A DNA stretch of 16,410 bases, taken from NCBI GenBank assembly GCA_051294375.1, contig JBJCIZ010000839.1, positions 1 to 16,410 of the forward strand, read 5' to 3'. Shown here in pieces: positions 11,096 to 16,410 of the stretch. The position numbers and the translations under genes are program-made. The stretch is from Paraspadella gotoi. Lineage: Eukaryota; Animalia; Chaetognatha. The notes under the pieces were generated by a model that did not search any database, was not told the DNA's origin, and saw nothing but the letters and a program-made list of their open reading frames with translations. The stretch's first letter is position 1. Every line of letters starts with the position of its first letter.

Positions 11096-11464
11096 ATGGA
11101 CAAACTAGCCCATCTTGTGAGCGTTGACTTTGGAAGCAGTCACGGGCCCCGCAAGCAGAAAGCCAGTCGCCGGACCTTGAAGTATGTCGGCACGCGGCGC
11201 AGAGAGTCAGTGCCGGCCGTTGATGCAGCAGACGGCGCTGCTGGACGATCGCGCCAGTTGTCTGATGAGTACGAAATCACAGTCGTCGACGCGATGAGAC
11301 GGTCGCCGGGCGTAGACGAGCGGAAAAGCAGTTCTGCAGCGGACTCTGACAGTGCAGACGACGCAGTGCTTTACGGCGGCCGTGATGGGGGAGCGAGGCC
11401 GCCGGACAGCGCCGCACAGTTGGCCCGACAGAGGTTGGAATTTCGGGAAATGGGGGGGTGTTAA
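11096..11464 (+). other. GC-rich 122-codon ORF ending across a PPT/TGT junction; possible 3' end of a second LTR element
   Basis: ATG at 11096 is in frame with ORF 10982..11464, which ends GGG GGG TGT TAA (a G-run followed by TGTTA), as many LTR-element ORFs do. No recognisable domain. Confidence 0.25.
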
Positions 11465-11765
11465 AAGACAGGCGAGCCAATGGCGGCGGCGCGGACGCGG
11501 CGCCGGGCATGAAAATTCATTACGTTGCGACGCCAATTAGCGCGCGGAAGAAGAAACGGCGCATACCGATTTGGGAGACGAAGGCGCTGGGCATCGGATT
11601 TTTGCTGAGAGAAATGATTTTTTTGACTTTCTTTAAATAATAGTATTTTTCGAGATGATATTTGGTTCGAAAAGCCGGGAACCAAAGATGTACGGTCTAC
11701 AGTAAATTGTAGTATAAAATAGGAATTATAGTTGATATATTTGTTTATTATAGGTTTTCTAACTT

Positions 11766-11936
11766 TGTTACGACAGTTATGGTTCCTCAAATAAATGGTT
11801 TGTTTGGTTACGCGCGTGTATTGATCGTTAGCAGAACGCTGGGCTCAGCGCCCGGGACCCAAATTACATCTAAGTAACGCTAGTAGGCTATGCAATGCAG
11901 TAACAGCTTTCAGTAGACGTACGACTATTCTTTACA
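11766..11936 (-). mobile_element. Putative 3' LTR (171 bp, TGTAAAG...CGTAACA)
   Basis: On the minus strand it begins TGTAAAG directly after a polypurine tract, contains an AATACA polyA-like word and ends TAACA at 11766. The far end is inferred from the terminal motif only. Confidence 0.5.
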
Positions 11937-11947
11937 TCCTCCCCCCC
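11937..11947 (-). promoter_or_regulatory. Polypurine tract (PPT) of the LTR element
   Basis: Minus strand GGGGGGGAGGA directly abuts TGTAAAG and lies about 65 nt downstream of the WPLG motif. Confidence 0.65.
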
Positions 11948-12012
11948 GGTCGACTTCGACCTAAAAAACATTACGAACCAGCTGAATAGTCGTACACAAG
12001 TAATATGTCTTC

Positions 12013-12081
12013 GCCCAATGGCCAATTTGATGAGGGTAGTGATTTTTCTTCAGCGTTACTGCCCCTTTCCAAGTTCATTTC
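12013..12081 (-). pseudogene. Remnant of BEL/Pao post-integrase C-terminal domain (DUF5641-like)
   Basis: Translates EMNLERGSNAEEKSLPSSNWPLG, resembling the family pattern NLxxGDLVLxKEENLPPxxWPLGR (recalled, not database-checked). Confidence 0.55.
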
Positions 12082-13859
12082 CCCCGAAATCCCCAAAGTT
12101 CATTTCCCGTGTTCCCCAAATCGCGCCGCGCTTTCTCGTCTCCATGACAACGAACTCCCCGCAGTTAATGTTGCTCCGTTCCCTTTCGTCCGTCTCCATG
12201 GCATACGAGCTCCCCCCGTTTAACGTGTCCATTCTCCCGCGGAGTGACATCTTTGGGTTGACACACTCTTGACGACCCATTATGGAACGCACCTTGATGA
12301 TGGAACTGGGAACGTCTTTGTCGACTCTTGATGTAGTTCAGCGCATCTCGATGAGTCGCAACATCTTTGGCGAGGGTCTCGTTTGCGTCTCTTTCCACGC
12401 CACGCGCAACAGGCGTCGCTCCCTTGACGAACGCGCTAGGACTGACGCCCGATTGCTGCTTTGCTCGATGCACGTTCTGCTCTGCTTGGATGACTTTTCT
12501 GCTTCGCTTGACGCTTTGCTTAGGACTAAGCTCGTCTTCGTTTTTGTTCTTTTAATCTTGTCATGGAACCGACGTGTTGGGTGCATGTAATGTGTCGGGC
12601 TGTTATGTGCGTGCGATTCGAGACCGGACTAACTGTTTTGACTCACTTCTTGGAACTTTCCTCCCCCTTTCTCTGGCACTCAAGAAACCTTGGTTTAGAT
12701 TGCTTAGGTGTTTCTTATGGCCTCTTAAAATATTTACAATGAAACGAAATCCAAAGCCCGCCGCTAAATCTTCAGCTTCTTTTAACCTCTACTCGATTAT
12801 GTAATCTTTCTCTCTTTATTTAACCTGTCTTTAAACTTTTGTATAAAGCTTAATCGCCTAGTATAATAAATTTGGCAGGATTAATCTGGCACCAATTAAA
12901 TGACTTTTTCGTAAATTGACATGAACGATTTGATTCCTTTACGAGGTTATGTAGCTATATCTGCCCACAAACTGAAAAAAACTACTTTACTCATATTTGT
13001 CTCTGTGAGCCGCAGAAGCTGTAACCTTTTCCTCCTATCTGAGATCCTCCTCAGCTCCATTTGCGTCATACACATCCAAAACCTTGTCAATGTGTTCTTG
13101 AATTTTAAATTATTTCCAGAGCGTCTACCTTTCTTACTCTCAGAATATCTTTCCTCTTACCTCTTCACACTTCTTGCTCCTTTCGAATGTGAGTCCCTCA
13201 CTCAAAATCTTAGTTTCCACTTGCAAGTGCTTCAACCCCCTTTTCCTTAAGCGTCGAACTTCATCAGCCTCGTTCTCAAGCAGCCAAACATATAGGATGT
13301 TCCTACTCCTATTCAACACTTCTTGTCTTTCTTCTTCAATTGGACTCCAAGGATTTTCACAATTTATTTTATTTAATGTTTCGTCAATGTCAGAATTTTC
13401 ATCTAATCTTGTGTGATGACCAAGCCTTGCACAGATTTATAATAAGGAACTTCCATCTCTGTTCATCGTTATATTCAAATTCATTCTTCATTACTAAACA
13501 CAATTGAACAAATCTTTTCTTCTTTCTTCCCTTTTCTTCCTTTTTTTTTCTGTTTTTTTTTTTTTTTCACTTAAACTTGATGCCCAGCATTCGTATATCT
13601 TACTCTCGTGGTGAGCATCCTCTGCATCCTTATTCTTACTTTAATTTGACGTGGGTGAGTTTTTTATGAGGTCAATAATGGGATCCAAGCCCGTTTTGCT
13701 ATTAAACCATAATCATATAACTTTCCTGTCTCTAATCCTCATAATCATGTTGGGTTTAACTTTTACTTCAACTTTAAAAAAATTGAACAATGGGGGGGAT
13801 CTCCCCGACGCTTTTCAAATGGATGACCTTGATACTTGACACATTTGAGTAATTCACTG

Positions 13860-13985
13860 TCAGAAAGAAGTATCCAGCAGAAGCCTGGCATTTGACAGCT
13901 TATAGTTCAGGCTCAGACAGCGACTTAGATAACTGAATTGTCAAAGAAGATCAGACCGGAGCAAGACTTAAAAAAGTACTCAAAT
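13860..13985 (-). pseudogene. Remnant of BEL/Pao aspartic protease
   Basis: STFLSLAPV* followed about 20 codons later by NARLLLDTSF*; compare the BEL/Pao ARALLDSGS active-site motif. Confidence 0.55.
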
Positions 13986-14094
13986 GATGATAAAGTGATT
14001 TGCAACATCTCTTGATCACAGGCGGTTTGGCTGGTTGGACAGGTTTTCTCTTTGACAGCTTTCCCATTGACAGCTTCTTAGTGGGTTCTTTCTG

Positions 14095-14180
14095 CCAACT
14101 TTTTCCGCAACTTTTCCAGCAGCTTTTCCAGCAGCTTCTCTCAACAACTTTTTCCTGCAACTTTTCCAGCAGCTTTTTTG
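14095..14180. repeat. 12-bp tandem repeat (GCARCTTTTCCA)n inside the retroelement relic
   Basis: gcaacttttcca gcagcttttcca gcagcttctctc aacaactttttcct gcaacttttcca gcagcttttt. Confidence 0.8.
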
Positions 14181-14344
14181 TAAACTTTTTTTCGCGATAT
14201 TTTTCTGCTACTTCTTCTTTGGCTTTTATCGCCACACTTCTTCAGCCACTCTTTCTCAGAAACATCTTCAACCTTTTCAGCCCTTCATTTTCAGAAAATT
14301 CTCCTTCAGCGAACTTTTTCTTCCGAACTACTTCGTATCAACAG

Positions 14345-14545
14345 CCTGGGCACGAGAGTATGATGCCAGTTCTGTAGAATGGGTTTCTGGCGGCGCACAT
14401 GTCGGCACTGGCGCGCTCGGTCAAGCATCTCTAACATTCTTTCTCCCCATTCTTGAATTCGCAGGAACAAACTTGACTGGGTGCTTTCTCCTTCGTTCTC
14501 CTTTTACCCCTCGCCTTACCGCAGTGACAATCGTTTTGGCACATT
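14345..14545 (-). pseudogene. Remnant of BEL/Pao Gag Cys/His zinc-knuckle region
   Basis: Translates CHCGK...VCSCEFKNGEKEC*RCLTERASADMCAARNPFYR, and one frame over NWHHTLV. The spacing fits the CxxCL...H...C...CxxC...HHTLLH signature. Confidence 0.55.
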
Positions 14546-14869
14546 TGTTTGGCGATAGGTTCCGCGTCTAACCACAGCAACACCGTTGCCAATCCTGCCT
14601 CGATCTCGGCATTCCTCTCGATAGTTTCTCGATGGGCGCCTCCCCGATTAACGGCGATCTTGGAGCGGCCCGCTCCTCTGCGGCGCTCCTTCCCGCCGGC
14701 GTCACTCTCCGGCGCATTCTTTCGGCGGCGCCTCTTTCAATCGCACTCATCCATTGGCACTCCTCCGGCGGCGCTCCTCTCGTTTAACAAGGAACAATTA
14801 CAAGCTCACGCGGCGGTGATAATCCAGACTAAACGACGCGTATTCTGACAACCGGTTTATTGTTGTAAC

Positions 14870-14901
14870 ATGACTCAGCAGCTTTTTTCATGCGTGACTC
14901 A
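14870..14901 (+). promoter_or_regulatory. NF-E2/CncC-Maf (ARE) consensus ATGACTCAGCA plus a second AP-1 site TGACTCA
   Basis: Exact motif matches at 14870-14880 and 14895-14901; function untested. Confidence 0.25.
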
Positions 14902-14905
14902 GACG

Positions 14906-14923
14906 CGGCGGCGGCGGCGGCGG
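14906..14923 (+). repeat. (CGG)6 microsatellite in a GC-rich patch
   Basis: Directly visible. Confidence 0.85.
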
Positions 14924-15083
14924 GCGAGCCGGCGGGCTCACTCGGCTTTTAACGGATCGACGGCGGCAACGCACACGGCTGTACGGGGTCGGAACCGGGA
15001 ATCCGGTACGGGGTTCGGCGCGGGATAAATGGCACGTATGGCTGGTGGTACGGGATGCACGGACGACAACGCAGAATTTGTTC

Positions 15084-15446
15084 ATGACTCGGTTCTCAAT
15101 TATAAAATTTGGACGTGCCGATGGGATCCAAGTACGATTGACCGTCAAGGCTATTCAAGAAAAAGATTTGATTAGAAAAATGGTTAGATTGGATTTAATT
15201 TTTGAAAACATCTTAAATTATATTATATTTAAATCTTAAAATATTTTTAAAAAAAGACTTTCATAATTAAATATTAAGCTTTTAAGATTACAGGGAAGAC
15301 AAACTGTTGCCGTACCCTCAGATATCATAAAAGATCCAGAGATTTCATCACTAAAATCTGACCATGATAACAATCAGAATGGGCATGCCGAGACGCTAAA
15401 CATCAACAAAATGCTGAAAACTATGTCACAGCAGCGATGGATATAG
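15084..15446 (+). CDS. Candidate two-exon small ORF (15084-15182 + 15294-15446, 83 aa), unknown product
   Basis: An AT-rich 111-bp GT..AG segment (15183-15293) joins two more balanced-composition blocks in phase 0, and the frame stays open for 50 codons after the acceptor. No homology recognised. Confidence 0.2.
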
Positions 15447-16150
15447 GTCAGCCATTGCGGCCGCTATTCGGGCGCGCCTATCAACCGACAATATTTTATT
15501 CGTGTCGCGGCGAAAGTTGTCATAACGGTTTTTCTCTCACCATCGCTTATTGGCGAGATCTGTAGAGAAGTTAAATCTTGTAAAGTTCAATTAAAAAAAA
15601 TATATTTTAAAATACAAAATATGTCTCTTCTCGAGGAAACCTTTAAATTTCCAGAAATTCTTCAAACTTTCTCAGATGGAAAAGACCGATTACCTAAGAA
15701 GTGGCTTAAAAGTGATGCGTGTCGCTTGGGTTCGCGGCCCCCGGATGGAAAAAAAGTTTTTTGGAGACACTACAATTGGGGAGAGCAGCACCGGACTCCT
15801 TTTTAGTGACGCCGTGAATTTTCAGTATTTTTGCAGGGAATTAATATACATTGACGCGACCACCCCAAGCAGTTTATAGCATTTGGCACTTTAGCACTTG
15901 TCACATGATCTCATCGATGGCCCTCGCTTTACTAATTTCTTAATGTCACCAGAAAATTTTGTTTATGAAATCCAATATTTTACTTTTTAAACCTTGTCTT
16001 TGTCAGTTTTCTTGTAGCAATAAAAAGTATTTGAATTGTTGATCTCATTTTTTTGTTTTTAAGACAAGTTCATGCCAATAATGTAACTTCCGGTTTTAAT
16101 ATATTATTAAAAAATTCTCAATATGATTTGAGGTTGTTTAAATTTCGATC

Positions 16151-16175
16151 NNNNNNNNNNNNNNNNNNNNNNNNN
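16151..16175. other. Assembly gap (25 N)
   Basis: Run of 25 N. Confidence 1.
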
Positions 16176-16214
16176 AGACTCTATGATCATTTTCCGCGGA
16201 AAAAAATGTGTCTA
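16176..16214 (-). mobile_element. Putative DNA transposon terminal inverted repeat, right copy
   Basis: ctatgatcattttccgcggaaaaaaatgtgtcta (16181-16214) is the reverse complement of 10433-10466 with one mismatch; the expected outer GTG-TA is missing. Confidence 0.5.
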
Positions 16215-16410
16215 CACATTGCCAGAAACATTATTATACTACAATTAAGTACTTGCAAAAATATTTTTAACTGTTATGAATGAGTCTAAACAATAAGTAT
16301 TCAAACATTTTTCTTCCAAATCGCGTGGAGAAAACTGAGCAGTTGCCTTTTTTTCATAAGTAAATAACCGTTATCTTTCCATTGAATTCATCCACAGATT
16401 ATTGAACAGC

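Larger units (their letters stand above)
11766..14560 (-). mobile_element. Decayed, internally deleted BEL/Pao-like LTR retrotransposon
   Basis: Manual minus-strand translation gives motifs in BEL/Pao order. Gag: C*RCLTERASADMCAARNP..(frameshift)NWHHTLV (14436-14351). Protease: STFLSLAPV then ARLLLDTS (13889-13866). Weak EEKIC (13522-13508) and ADIA (12964-12953). C-terminal NLERG..EEKSLPSSNWPLG (12081-12013). These are followed by PPT GGGGGGGAGGA and TGT. Many stops and frameshifts; no matching 5' LTR found; the upstream boundary is approximate. Confidence 0.65.

Noticed and set aside
11096-11290. Gypsy integrase GPY/F module (KLAH, KYVGT, YEIT words)
   Set aside because: The words are scattered with wrong spacing, too weak to assign a family.
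14780-14900. 5' LTR and tRNA-Leu-type primer binding site (minus strand GGTTGTCAGAATA)
   Set aside because: It does not align convincingly to 11766-11936, lacks a CA/TGG junction, and only partly matches TGGTGTCAGAAG.

Overview
This is eukaryotic, almost entirely non-coding DNA. The AT-rich background, CpG-rich patches and abundant (CT)n microsatellites resemble an insect genome, possibly Hymenoptera (inference only). It has two 25-N assembly gaps and many indel-like irregularities that suggest low-accuracy long-read sequence. I found no intact protein-coding gene, RNA gene or CRISPR array, and most ORF-track entries are translations of microsatellites. Bases 1-9629 are simple repeats plus two minisatellites (43 bp and ~18 bp) and an ~80-bp (CG)n tract. 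Bases 9655-16410 are a nest of decayed transposons. The best supported is a minus-strand BEL/Pao-like LTR retrotransposon relic: Gag Cys/His knuckle with HHTLV, protease ARLLLDT, a C-terminal WPLG motif, a polypurine tract (PPT) and one LTR. A second, convergent PPT-TGT junction lies on the plus strand, two Helitron-like 3' ends are present, and a 34-bp inverted-repeat pair brackets 5.8 kb. I see no convincing new biological system. The oddities most worth checking are the LTR-like segment with a PPT at both ends, a 12-bp stem enclosing the PPT, and the possible composite transposon.
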